Source: a virus (lineage: Duplodnaviria > Caudoviricetes). Taken from it: DNA of 28,680 nucleotides. Position numbers and translations under genes: made by a program. Below, piece after piece: positions 1-8,960 of this stretch; the stretch's first letter is position 1, and every line of letters begins with the position of its first letter. The notes under the pieces were generated by a model. That model worked only from the letters and a program-made list of their open reading frames with translations. It was not told where the DNA came from and searched no databases. The DNA lies in IMG/VR virus record IMGVR_UViG_3300031655_000032, positions 1-28,680 of that record; one strand, written 5' to 3'.

Positions 1-472
1 CACCACCTGAAGTTTCACTGTCGTAAGAATTTCTATAACCCCCCGCACCACCTCCACCGGAAATAGAACCGTGGGCGCAGCCACCGCCTGAAGCACCGCC
101 AGCAATTACTAAATATTCAAGATTACCCGGAGAAGAAGCTGCAAAAGTACCACTTGATGTGAATACATGAATCTTGTAATCCCCTGATGTTGTGACTGTT
201 CCTCCTGTAGCTGCTACAAGTGGCACTACATTCCCTGTCCCTTCACCTACATTAGTCCAAACATTGGAACCAGAAGTTGCAGTAGTACACGAGAACATCT
301 CACCAGAAGTTGTATTTAAATACACAGTGCCGACACCACCTGATGGGTTAGTTGATACTGTAGGATCAGAAGATGACTTAGTTATTTCGTCAGGTACGGC
401 GCCAGAAGCTAACTTCCCTGCCGTGATTTCTCCATCAAGAATGGATTCGGTTGTTATCTTAGAAAGAGCCAT
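1..472 (-). CDS. Glycine-rich tail fibre/virion protein (runs off left edge)
   Basis: Read by hand, not in the ORF track: MALSKITTESILDGEITAGKLASG...ATGGTVTTSGDYKIHVFTSSGTF...EYLVIAGGASGGG...GGGGAGGY, typical of phage Gly-rich fibre domains. ATG lies 3 nt after the preceding stop with AAGGA upstream. Confidence 0.75.
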   Translation of the reverse strand, partial: MALSKITTESILDGEITAGKLASGAVPDEITKSSSDPTVSTNPSGGVGTVYLNTTSGEMFSCTTATSGSNVWTNVGEGTGNVVPLVAATGGTVTTSGDYKIHVFTSSGTFAASSPGNLEYLVIAGGASGGGCAHGSISGGGGAGGYRNSYDSETSGG

Positions 473-475
473 TTG

Positions 476-769
476 TTATCCTTTAGGGTTGTCTGATTTA
501 ACTTTAGCTATATGGTCTACCCATAAAGTAGTGCTATTCACTGAATCCCAGTATCTCATATCTAGTTGTTCTTCTAAAGACTTATAGTCAGCTTTACGAG
601 CAGCTATGTATGCAGTGGATGCCAAATGTGCTGCATATTCTGTAGTCCAAGTAGCTTGATCTGCTGCTGAAGGAATACCACCGGGAAACTCTGTGATTAC
701 TCCGTCTGATGTACACATTCCTGCTTGATGGTTGTGTTTCCAACCGATTACTGCGCCTATATCACTCAT
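476..769 (-). CDS. Small tail fibre-associated/chaperone-like protein
   Basis: C-terminal RKADYKSLEEQLDMRYWD...WVDHIAKVKSDNPK motif typical of small proteins following fibre genes. ATGA overlap with the upstream gene. Confidence 0.65.
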   Translation of the reverse strand: MSDIGAVIGWKHNHQAGMCTSDGVITEFPGGIPSAADQATWTTEYAAHLASTAYIAARKADYKSLEEQLDMRYWDSVNSTTLWVDHIAKVKSDNPKG

Positions 770-1350
770 GCTGTTATCTCCGTAATTGTTATTGATGAGG
801 CCATTACTCCACCAAAATGTCTACTTCCTGCGTGTCCATTAAAAGTTTGTGTTCCTGCTCCTGCTCCTCCTGCACGCAACTTGAAAGTAGTTTCAGAAGT
901 TGTACCAGCCGTCATATAATGAGAAAAATTGATTACAGACCTAAATGTGGATGAGGCAGAAACGGCCTGTGCTGCTAGTGCATTTGCTGTACTATCTTGA
1001 AACAAAGCCCCACCTCTCCATCGTGCAGAACCATCGGTATTGTTTATATGTGCTACACATTCAATAAATAATTTATTGGAAGCATTTGTTGGAGTTATTG
1101 CAAGGGTCATTAACTCAACCCCCTCTGTCTTTTGAGGGATGGTGTCATCTACTGGCATGACAGTTGTTCCTGTAGCAACCGCACCATTCATTACATTAAC
1201 TACCTGTACAACTTTACCCCCAGTCCCAGATGCTAGTTTCCCTGAAGTAACTGCTGCCGTAGCTAAAGAATCCGCATCTACAGACCCATCCGGTAAACCA
1301 CCTACACTCAATCCGGCAATAGTACCCGTTCCATTTATTGTTACTGTCAT
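766..1350 (-). CDS. Short fibre/receptor-binding-like protein (paralog of 1347..1931)
   Basis: GGKVVQVVNV...DDTIPQ...LAITPT.ASNKL...FGGVM.SS.TITEI domain shared with its neighbour. Coupled start/stop. Confidence 0.7.
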   Translation of the reverse strand: MTVTINGTGTIAGLSVGGLPDGSVDADSLATAAVTSGKLASGTGGKVVQVVNVMNGAVATGTTVMPVDDTIPQKTEGVELMTLAITPTNASNKLFIECVAHINNTDGSARWRGGALFQDSTANALAAQAVSASSTFRSVINFSHYMTAGTTSETTFKLRAGGAGAGTQTFNGHAGSRHFGGVMASSITITEITA

Positions 1351-1931
1351 GCTGATATCTCCGTTATTGTCATTGAGGAAATCATTACTCCACCAAATTT
1401 ATCCGTTACCGAGGAGCCATTGAAGTGTAATGTTCCTGCTGTGTCTGGTGCAGCGTATGCTTTAAAAGTGGTAGATGATGTGGTTCCTGCTGCCATGTAG
1501 TGCTTTAATAAGACTGGAGTGGCAGTATTAGCATCAGCGTGCCAATCAACCGCAACATTTAATGCTCCTGCCGTAGAATCTTGGAATAAACCTAAAAGCA
1601 CTCTATCTTGGGCCGTGTTGCATAAGATCGCAAAAATATCTATTATTAATTTATTAGAGGCACTTGTAGGGGTAATTGCTAAAGACATAATTTGTGTCAT
1701 TTCTGTATTCTGTGGGATTGTATCGTCATGCGAAAATTGCTGTGTCATAGTTGTTCGTGCATCTACCAGTACATTAACTACCTGTACAACTTTACCACCA
1801 CCAAACCCTGTAGCAGTTCCGCTATTAGTTATATTTGCGCCACTAGGGATAGTAAATGTATCTCCGCTATCTCCAAGGGTTACTGTAGTACCCGTAACCG
1901 GAGATATTTTATTGGTTGCTAATTCGCTCAT
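1347..1931 (-). CDS. Short fibre/receptor-binding-like protein (paralog of 766..1350)
   Basis: Same C-terminal domain as 766..1350 with a different N-terminus (MSELATNKISPVTGTTVTLGDSGD). Confidence 0.7.
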   Translation of the reverse strand: MSELATNKISPVTGTTVTLGDSGDTFTIPSGANITNSGTATGFGGGKVVQVVNVLVDARTTMTQQFSHDDTIPQNTEMTQIMSLAITPTSASNKLIIDIFAILCNTAQDRVLLGLFQDSTAGALNVAVDWHADANTATPVLLKHYMAAGTTSSTTFKAYAAPDTAGTLHFNGSSVTDKFGGVMISSMTITEISA

Positions 1932-2164
1932 AATTTACTCCGTTCTATGACTATTAGAGCTTCCTGTGCATCCATCCATGTGGAATCAGAATATGCCTCA
2001 CGAATCCGTCTAATTGTGATCTGGCTTTCTAATCTCGCAATTTCTTGTCTGGCATTGCGAACTACAGCCCCATCTTGCCACGCCTGTTCTTGCGTATCCC
2101 TGTCAGCTTCTTCCTGTGCTGTAAATGGTATTGGCCCATCAGATGTCATATTATGTCGAGGCAT
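1928..2164 (-). CDS. Small fibre chaperone-like protein (paralog of 3372..3614)
   Basis: PFTAxEEAxxDxxEQAWxDGxVxRNAxxEIxRLESxITxRRIR shared with 3372..3614. Coupled to neighbours. Confidence 0.65.
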   Translation of the reverse strand: MPRHNMTSDGPIPFTAQEEADRDTQEQAWQDGAVVRNARQEIARLESQITIRRIREAYSDSTWMDAQEALIVIERSKL

Positions 2165-2796
2165 TATGATAAACTCCTTCTATATTGGTACACTGTCCCA
2201 GAAGTTATATTCCCGCTTGAACAAAGAAATCGACAGGCCACATTTGCCTCTGCCGTCGCTTGATAAAAACCTGTTACCCATTGAGGATTGGGCTGTGGTG
2301 ACGCACCAAACAACGCAACAAAACCATATGCTCCTGTTTTCGTTGATGAAGTTGCAGGGTCGGACAAGGTAAAAGACCCTGCCCTTAAACCTTCATCTGT
2401 TCCCGTACCCATACCTTCACCGGGGCCAACAATTACAAACGAATCTGTTTCTTCAGTTGAATAGGATGTCCCGGAAGTGTTCACCCCAACGCATTGCATC
2501 GCGTATCCACTGGTACGATATGTAGGGCCAGACACCCCAAGTTGGCAATTGAGTTCTACCGTGTTACTCGCAGACACTAAGCTATTGAACACATATTCAT
2601 AATCGTACCCTGCGATCATGTTTGTAAAAGCCAGTGATGCGGAACCTGAAGCGGTTGCGGAACTCACAAAATTCCATCCACTCCCAGCAGGAAGATTTGT
2701 AAGAGCCGCCCCATCAGCTACTATAGGTCTGCTAAACGTTATATTCCCAGTACCATCTGGAGTTGTTAATGTATCTATCTTTAAAGTAGAAGCCAT
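2164..2796 (-). CDS. Short fibre/receptor-binding-like protein
   Basis: MASTLKIDTL N-terminus. C-terminal domain (GWNFVSS...YDYEYVF...SGNITSG) resembles that of 3616..4662. GAGGA RBS. Confidence 0.65.
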   Translation of the reverse strand: MASTLKIDTLTTPDGTGNITFSRPIVADGAALTNLPAGSGWNFVSSATASGSASLAFTNMIAGYDYEYVFNSLVSASNTVELNCQLGVSGPTYRTSGYAMQCVGVNTSGTSYSTEETDSFVIVGPGEGMGTGTDEGLRAGSFTLSDPATSSTKTGAYGFVALFGASPQPNPQWVTGFYQATAEANVACRFLCSSGNITSGTVYQYRRSLS

Positions 2797-2805
2797 ATTA
2801 TCCTC

Positions 2806-3321
2806 TTAAACTATAGTCCAAGTTGAACCGCTTGTAACGGTCACGGTAATTCCGCTATTAATTGTTACTGGGCCAGCAGTCATTCCGTTCTCAGATCCTA
2901 AGAAAGTGATGTTAGCAGCAATGACCTTCGCATTTGTCCGTATGATTGCATCTGCACCAAGGCTTGGGCCACCAGCAGTTCCCCAAGTGTTATCACCTTT
3001 AAGAGCTAATGATGAAGTAGGTGTTCCAGTTGCACTAAGCTGAGCAATGCCAACAGTGCCAGTACCCGGAGTCCCAATTGAAAGGGTAAGTCCAGTGTAA
3101 ATAATTTGTATCGCAATAGGTGAGGATACGGCAGTAGTAAAAGTTAGCTGTGTTCCAAGAATTGTGAAGTCTGTCGCGTTCCTTTGAACAACACCATCAA
3201 GGGTCAAAACTACCCCGTGAGTAGTGGTGTCATGCGTGAGCGTATATACCGTTGCCCCGCTACCAGTAAGGTGATCCGAGACCGCATCACCTGAATTTAT
3301 TCCTCTTCCTATGTAGGCCAT
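2806..3321 (-). CDS. Fibre adaptor/branching-like protein
   Basis: MAYIG start and C-terminal AGPVTINSGITVTVTSGSTWTIV, both recurrent in phage fibre clusters. GAGGA RBS. Confidence 0.6.
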   Translation of the reverse strand: MAYIGRGINSGDAVSDHLTGSGATVYTLTHDTTTHGVVLTLDGVVQRNATDFTILGTQLTFTTAVSSPIAIQIIYTGLTLSIGTPGTGTVGIAQLSATGTPTSSLALKGDNTWGTAGGPSLGADAIIRTNAKVIAANITFLGSENGMTAGPVTINSGITVTVTSGSTWTIV

Positions 3322-3371
3322 TTGTTATCCTCTATTCCGGTTTTTGGAGACTGGTATGCGTATTTCTTGGG

Positions 3372-3614
3372 TCATAACTTAGCCCTCTCTATGGCTATGA
3401 GTTTCTCTACATCATCAACCCACTTAGCCCCTGCTACTGTTGTCATCGCCCTGATGCGTCTTTGGGTTATTGTGGATTCTAATCTTTGTATTTCATGGGA
3501 AGCGTTCCGTGAAACAGTGCCATCTGCCCACGCCTGCTCTCTTGCATCTGCTTCAGCTTCTTCTTCTGCTGTGAAGGGTACTAGCCCCTCTGGTGATCTA
3601 CCGAATCTAGCCAT
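3372..3614 (-). CDS. Small fibre chaperone-like protein (paralog of 1928..2164)
   Basis: Clear similarity to 1928..2164. Directly follows a fibre gene. Confidence 0.65.
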   Translation of the reverse strand: MARFGRSPEGLVPFTAEEEAEADAREQAWADGTVSRNASHEIQRLESTITQRRIRAMTTVAGAKWVDDVEKLIAIERAKL

Positions 3615-3615
3615 A

Positions 3616-4662
3616 TTATGAGTTCTTTATTCCAAAAAGTTTAAAGTTACCAGATATTAAATTTCCACCATTAGTCAGAAACTGGCAGCCAGACCACGCA
3701 GTAGTCGCCCCTTGATACCCACAGCCTCCGTAAGACCCCACATAAGTTGTGTTTGAGTCTATAAATGATGTAAAAGAGTTGAGGTGTTTCTGTACTGCTG
3801 CATTCACACCATGAAAAGTTACCCACCCAGCACCAACTTCAGTTGCTTGATTGCCCCATGAGCCAGCCGACAGTCGATATAAAGCAGACGCAGTATTCGC
3901 CCCATAAACCTCACTTCCTCCCTCATTTAATCCAGATTGACCGTAAGCATAGGTAGAATCGGTTTTCGCTGCTCCACCTATTGCAATTCTAACTGAACCT
4001 ATAGCCGTGTCAGTTGCAACCTGCATATTGTCAAAATATACAATATAGTCATCATAGGTAGCACTAAAACTGGTCAAGAAACTGGCAGCAGCATCACCGC
4101 TTGTTACATTAACCTCTGCAATAAAAACCAGACCACCACCGGGAGCAGCCTCGAAAGCAGGAGGACTACCAGCACCAGTAGAAGTTAAAACTTGCCCGTC
4201 ACTCCCCGTTGCAATAGCCACTGGATTTCCAGAAGCGTCATAACTAATAATGTTACCGTCTGTACCGGGAGCCATCTTAGCTAGGGTTACAACATCATCT
4301 GATGGAGTAATGGTTCCAGTCAATTTACTTGCCGCCATAGCCGCAATATGACTATCATCAACAGAACCAGCTACTAGGTGACTCGAATCAACACTTCCCG
4401 CGGAAGGTGAAACTGTCTCTACTGTTTTCCCAATGTACAGGCAGTACATAGTACTTGGACTGCTAATTGTGCTAGTCGTTAATGCTGTGCCAACAGCCGT
4501 ATACGAACTTGGGTCTTGCCTCACATTGTCAATAAAAAGTGCGATATCAATGCTGTTTGTAACAGACGTAGACAAAACAAAATTTGTGCCTGTCGGACTA
4601 CTGAAGGTCTGTTGAGTCAACGCACTGTACTTTTCTGCTGGTTCGTTCCCTATGTATCCCAT
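3616..4662 (-). CDS. Secondary tail fibre protein
   Basis: MGYIGNEP start, GSVDxSH repeats, GSDGQVLTS linker and a C-terminal beta-rich domain. AGGAG RBS. Confidence 0.7.
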   Translation of the reverse strand: MGYIGNEPAEKYSALTQQTFSSPTGTNFVLSTSVTNSIDIALFIDNVRQDPSSYTAVGTALTTSTISSPSTMYCLYIGKTVETVSPSAGSVDSSHLVAGSVDDSHIAAMAASKLTGTITPSDDVVTLAKMAPGTDGNIISYDASGNPVAIATGSDGQVLTSTGAGSPPAFEAAPGGGLVFIAEVNVTSGDAAASFLTSFSATYDDYIVYFDNMQVATDTAIGSVRIAIGGAAKTDSTYAYGQSGLNEGGSEVYGANTASALYRLSAGSWGNQATEVGAGWVTFHGVNAAVQKHLNSFTSFIDSNTTYVGSYGGCGYQGATTAWSGCQFLTNGGNLISGNFKLFGIKNS

Positions 4663-4670
4663 GTTATCTC

Positions 4671-4997
4671 CTAAGTACTGATTGCATCAATGCGTGAAAC
4701 TACAGTATCTAAACTACTAGCTGTATTTGAGATCACAGTTAAAGCGTCACCACTTTGTAGTATGATCTTAGAGCCTCCGTCAATTAATTCTAGGGCCGAT
4801 CCGACTGGGATGGGCGCACCTTTTATAAGATAGAAATTGTTACCACCGTTTACTATATAGACATCTACATTAATGCTACTAGCTGCTACATTGGCGCAAC
4901 GTATACCAACTACAGTATCGTCACTGTTGCTAGTAAATATGGTAACTGCACCTGTACCTGTATTACGGTTAATGTGTCTTTCAAAATCCTGTGCCAT
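4671..4997 (-). CDS. Small beta-rich virion protein following the main fibre (possible fibre hub)
   Basis: VVGIRCAN...YLIKGAPIPVGSALELIDGGSKIILQSGD pattern typical of proteins encoded after fibres ending in a FxIAMAxAL-type motif. AAGGAG RBS. Confidence 0.6.
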   Translation of the reverse strand: MAQDFERHINRNTGTGAVTIFTSNSDDTVVGIRCANVAASSINVDVYIVNGGNNFYLIKGAPIPVGSALELIDGGSKIILQSGDALTVISNTASSLDTVVSRIDAIST

Positions 4998-5007
4998 TTG
5001 TTACTCC

Positions 5008-6528
5008 TTAAACTAAATTGAATACCATTAGGGCAACCGCCATTGCAATTACGAAACCATTACTTGCCTCACCGGGATCACCCTGTGGGCCTTGTGAGCC
5101 AGTAGAACCTGTAGAGCCTGTAGAACCAGTTGGGCCAGTTGAACCAGTTGCACCTACATTACCGCTTCTAGCAAATGAAATATACAGTGTATCAGCGTTA
5201 GTTAAACTACCGCCACTAGCTGCGTGACTTACTGGAATCTGAAGCCAGCCAGTATTATCTACTACGGCACCCGTTACATTATAGGCCATAAAAGTAGCAG
5301 GGGCACCAGACTTGCGAAGGAAGACATACCCCTCATGTGTACTATTTGTACCATCGTCTATAGATGCAATCAAGTCTGATACATCTGGATTACCTGTATC
5401 TGCTGATGTTGCATCAATAGCTATATTAGTAACTGAAGCTAGAGTAGCGTTATCTAATCTAAAATCACCTGTGCCGGGATCAGCCATACTAGTAGAGTTA
5501 TCAAAAGTATACTTCCAAGCTAACGCTCCTGCTGATGCTTCTGCGTTAGTCTCACTAGCTGCTGATGCTGTTGCGCTACTAGCACTTGCTGTGGCACTTG
5601 TGGCTGAAGCCGTAGCAGAATTAGCAGAATTGGTAGCTTGTGTACTGGCTGTCGAAGCAGAAGTAGAAGCATTAGATGCTTGTGTACTGGCTGTCGAAGC
5701 AGAAGTAGAAGCGTTAGATGCCTGTGTACTAGCCGTACTAGCACTACTTGCTGAAGCAGTTGCGCTTGTAGCAGAGGCCGTTGCGCTTGTAGCAGAAGCA
5801 GTAGCACTGGTAGCAGCGGCAGCGGCGGATGCGGCGGCTGCGGCTGCATCGACAATTAGTGCCCATTTAGCAACGTCGGTGTTGCTCGATACTGGTTGTG
5901 CCCCGCTAGAGGTATGTCCTGTAAGACAGAGGTATATATTGCTATTGGAAGTGTCTTTGATGATGTCTCGAACTACATAAGCTGTAGATGCCGCCCAATT
6001 ACCCCTATAAATACCCAGAGCTAGATCGGACAACGAGACATTTTCTATGCCCGTACCGGCTGAATCGACCCGGAGGACATTTAAAGCCACCAGATCCGTA
6101 ATAGAGACCCCAGAAGTTGCTGAACTTTCAGGGAACTTAATCGTCCTGTCTATTTCCTCTTGAACCTGCTGTACCAGACGGACGTTCTTATCAAATCTGT
6201 CTTCTACCGTGGTGGATGGAAATGCTCCACCCAGAGGTAAGGAAGAGGTCTGCGTATCTGGGTGATTACTCTTAACTGTTAGTGTTTCACCGGAGGCAGG
6301 TGTATAATCTGTAGGACTGGTATCAACTGTTAGCGTACCAACAGCGCCATCACCGCCTGAGAGAGTGTATTGGGTGCCATCTACCCACGTCGTTTCAACG
6401 CCAGTAGCGTTATTAGACAGGATAACCTTTACTGTAGTGTCTTCCCAATAGATGAAAGTCACTGCAAAACTGGTTGTGGAACCGTTTCCGGCGTAGGCTA
6501 CTTTATTTGTTGTTGCGGTAAGGGTCAT
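5008..6528 (-). CDS. Main tail fibre protein
   Basis: T7 gp17-like attachment N-terminus (YAGNGSTTSFAVTF), a YRGNWAASTAY...IYLC module, an Ala/Ser/Thr heptad stalk, Gly-X-Y collagen-like repeats and a C-terminal FVIAMAVAL. Confidence 0.85.
   Translation of the reverse strand: MTLTATTNKVAYAGNGSTTSFAVTFIYWEDTTVKVILSNNATGVETTWVDGTQYTLSGGDGAVGTLTVDTSPTDYTPASGETLTVKSNHPDTQTSSLPLGGAFPSTTVEDRFDKNVRLVQQVQEEIDRTIKFPESSATSGVSITDLVALNVLRVDSAGTGIENVSLSDLALGIYRGNWAASTAYVVRDIIKDTSNSNIYLCLTGHTSSGAQPVSSNTDVAKWALIVDAAAAAASAAAAATSATASATSATASATSATASASSASTASTQASNASTSASTASTQASNASTSASTASTQATNSANSATASATSATASASSATASAASETNAEASAGALAWKYTFDNSTSMADPGTGDFRLDNATLASVTNIAIDATSADTGNPDVSDLIASIDDGTNSTHEGYVFLRKSGAPATFMAYNVTGAVVDNTGWLQIPVSHAASGGSLTNADTLYISFARSGNVGATGSTGPTGSTGSTGSTGSQGPQGDPGEASNGFVIAMAVALMVFNLV
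5560..5845 (-). repeat. 21/42-bp coding tandem repeats (ASATSAT; TASTQASNASTSAS) in the fibre stalk
   Basis: Near-identical 42-bp units starting at 5639 and 5681, flanked by 21-bp units. Confidence 0.85.
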
Positions 6529-6559
6529 ATTCTATCCTTATTGTGCCTTTTCAGGCTCT

Positions 6560-6588
6560 ATGATACCATTATTGCGGTTTAAACTCAA
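6560..6588 (-). promoter_or_regulatory. sigma70-type promoter for the tail fibre module
   Basis: Minus strand TTGAGT-17 bp-TATCAT with TGn extended -10, in the 62-bp gap upstream of 6528. Confidence 0.65.
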
Positions 6589-6590
6589 CC

Positions 6591-8960
6591 TTATTGATCT
6601 ATCTGGGCGTCCAGAGAGCCTATTATCACTTCTACGGCACCTTGCATTTGCGTCTTAACTTTTGTGCTGTCAGGTAAGAGCCTGAAAGCGGCGTCTGTCA
6701 CAGGGTCAGGATCTCCAAAAGTTAGCTCCGTAGATAATCTCATGAATTTCACCCATGCTTCCCGTCGAACGAGATCACTGACCTCTTCGGACATGACGTC
6801 CCTTAATAGCTGGGATGTCAATGGGTTGGACACGGCAGAGATAAATCCGCGACCCCCAAAAAGAAACATTCCAGCCGCCATTAAGTTGTGCAATGTAAAA
6901 ATCTTCCTATTTCCCGCAACTCCGCCAGCTACGGCGCCCGGTACGATACTGCCTAAAAAGGAATGTACTCCGCCCAATAGCGTTCGTCTTAGAACAAAAC
7001 TCGCGGCACTGGGGATGTCCAGACCTTCAATAACCTTCCCCGCTTCTGCTAATTTCTCCAAATCGGTTATCTTCAACCCACCCTTGTTCCTCTCGAGCAT
7101 TTTTTTGACGGTTTGGTATTTGCCCCCGAGAGGGTCGCCTAAGCCAAAGTGGGCGGAGAATTTTCTCACATCAAACCTTGATCCCACTGTGAACCCCAAA
7201 TCTGTCATGGCTGATTCCACACCCTGCCGAATAACCTTGGCAGATATTTCTGCGTAAGTTTTTGCACCTACGAGTTTGTATATATCGTTTATGTTTTGCG
7301 GGCTTCGTAGATGAAGTATTTTATCTGCCAGCGTATCAATAGGAGTTCTCGTAACAGGGTCTCCTACGGAAGCTCTCAACCCTTTTCGCGTAAATGTAGC
7401 GAAGTTTTTTGCGGTCGACGTCTCTAAAATATCTGTCATAGTTACGGAGTAGTCATTATCAATAGCCTTCAGCCGTTGGGTGATAGCCCCTGCGTTCTTG
7501 CCCCTCATATTCTTCATCATGTCTTTAATGCCATTCTGACGCAAACTGAGCATGAGCTTGCTGGCAAACTTTTGCTGTGCAGGTTCTAAACCGCTTATAA
7601 AGGCACTCATGTCTTTTAAAGCGGCGTCCATCTGTACTAAGCTCTGCGGTACGTTTTTCATCGGCAATATGTGTGCCTTTATGTAATCTATGACACCCTG
7701 TTTTTCAGCAGATATTTTTCCTGCTACCAGCTTCCCGGTTTTTTTGTCGAGGACTCGTGGGGTCTCCGCTATCAGCCTATGAATTATTCGTGACCCCTGA
7801 CTTGTAAGTTGTTTGGGGAGTACTATTACCTTGGCTGCTTTAGCCATTGCGAATACTTCGTCGTATCTACGATTAAAATCATTTGCAAGAGATTTCGCTA
7901 GACTTTTAGCCTCTCGGAACATCTTAACGCCAAGTTCGTCAGCGGTACGCTGAACCGGAGCTAGTATAATCGGAAGCCCTTGCAGTGCGGAAGCAAACTG
8001 TGAATCAGTCTTTGCACCTTGTTTTGCCAACGGTGCCGAAAGCAGAGGAAATTTTCCAAATACAACTATAAAACCTCTAGGAATTTTTCGCGTACTAAGC
8101 TGGATCGGGAATAGATCAACACCCCTTTCTTTTGCTCTCTTGGCTATAGCGGTCTCTTCTTCCCCTACTCCCAATATTCCACGAGTCAAACCTCTGGTCG
8201 TAAATCGGGCTACCGCTAAAGCCCCCCCGGTGGCGGCTTCTAAAATAGCCTCTCCCGTAAGAACAATCTCCAGATCATCGGGGGCGAGTAGGGGGAAATT
8301 CTCCGAATTAAAGTCTTTAAATATAGAAAGTCCCGAGTAGTCCACAAAGTCTTGTATGCGCTCTGGGGCTACCGTACCCACCACAGCACCAGCAATAGAA
8401 CCTAATCCAAATCCGGTTGCCACTCCCACAGGGCCGAAAGGTGCAGCAATTTCGGCCCCTGCTATACCGCCGACAAATCCCCCGCCCACCGTAAGCATTG
8501 CCCGACTAAAAGGGATCGGGTCATTAGGGACATCTGTCCCAAACATCCGTTCGAGTCCCCTGTCTATTATGTCTTTCTCTTCGGGTTCAGCTTTATTTAT
8601 ACTGTCTATCTGGTTAAGAGCTTCAATTTCCGCAACCATTGCATCTCTGCTAGGGTCAGAAATAGGGTTTTGATTTAGTCTCTCGATCTCCTCGATCATA
8701 GACTGAGTTTCCTCATCCGGTTCATCCGCTGAGTCACGTCCGACGAGCACATCGACCGCACTGGAAGTAACGTCCTTTGCGGTGTTGAACAAACTTATAG
8801 CGCCATCAGCGAGATGTCCGGGGATTGACTCGATGCCCTCCAGTACTTGAGTCTGTGACTCGGTTCTTTTTGGCGTCCCCTCAACAACTTCTACCAAGCG
8901 TTCGGGGGCCGCTGGCTCTTTTTTTGGGTCAATTGTAGGATTTATGGGTACTTGTGTCAC
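6591..8960 (-). CDS. Putative internal virion (ejection) protein 3
   Basis: Position between tail tube and fibre genes. Gly-zipper hydrophobic stretches (GGGFVGGIAGAEIAAPFGPVG). ATGA coupling. Confidence 0.6.
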   Translation of the reverse strand: MTQVPINPTIDPKKEPAAPERLVEVVEGTPKRTESQTQVLEGIESIPGHLADGAISLFNTAKDVTSSAVDVLVGRDSADEPDEETQSMIEEIERLNQNPISDPSRDAMVAEIEALNQIDSINKAEPEEKDIIDRGLERMFGTDVPNDPIPFSRAMLTVGGGFVGGIAGAEIAAPFGPVGVATGFGLGSIAGAVVGTVAPERIQDFVDYSGLSIFKDFNSENFPLLAPDDLEIVLTGEAILEAATGGALAVARFTTRGLTRGILGVGEEETAIAKRAKERGVDLFPIQLSTRKIPRGFIVVFGKFPLLSAPLAKQGAKTDSQFASALQGLPIILAPVQRTADELGVKMFREAKSLAKSLANDFNRRYDEVFAMAKAAKVIVLPKQLTSQGSRIIHRLIAETPRVLDKKTGKLVAGKISAEKQGVIDYIKAHILPMKNVPQSLVQMDAALKDMSAFISGLEPAQQKFASKLMLSLRQNGIKDMMKNMRGKNAGAITQRLKAIDNDYSVTMTDILETSTAKNFATFTRKGLRASVGDPVTRTPIDTLADKILHLRSPQNINDIYKLVGAKTYAEISAKVIRQGVESAMTDLGFTVGSRFDVRKFSAHFGLGDPLGGKYQTVKKMLERNKGGLKITDLEKLAEAGKVIEGLDIPSAASFVLRRTLLGGVHSFLGSIVPGAVAGGVAGNRKIFTLHNLMAAGMFLFGGRGFISAVSNPLTSQLLRDVMSEEVSDLVRREAWVKFMRLSTELTFGDPDPVTDAAFRLLPDSTKVKTQMQGAVEVIIGSLDAQIDQ

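Noticed and set aside
766-1931. Diversity-generating retroelement template/variable repeat pair
   Set aside because: The paralogs differ at all base types and by indels, with no near-identical non-coding template. No reverse transcriptase is in the window.
3332-3373. Possible remnant C-terminus (DPRNTHTSLQKPE*) of a replaced chaperone gene
   Set aside because: Only 13 codons, so the resemblance cannot be told apart from chance.
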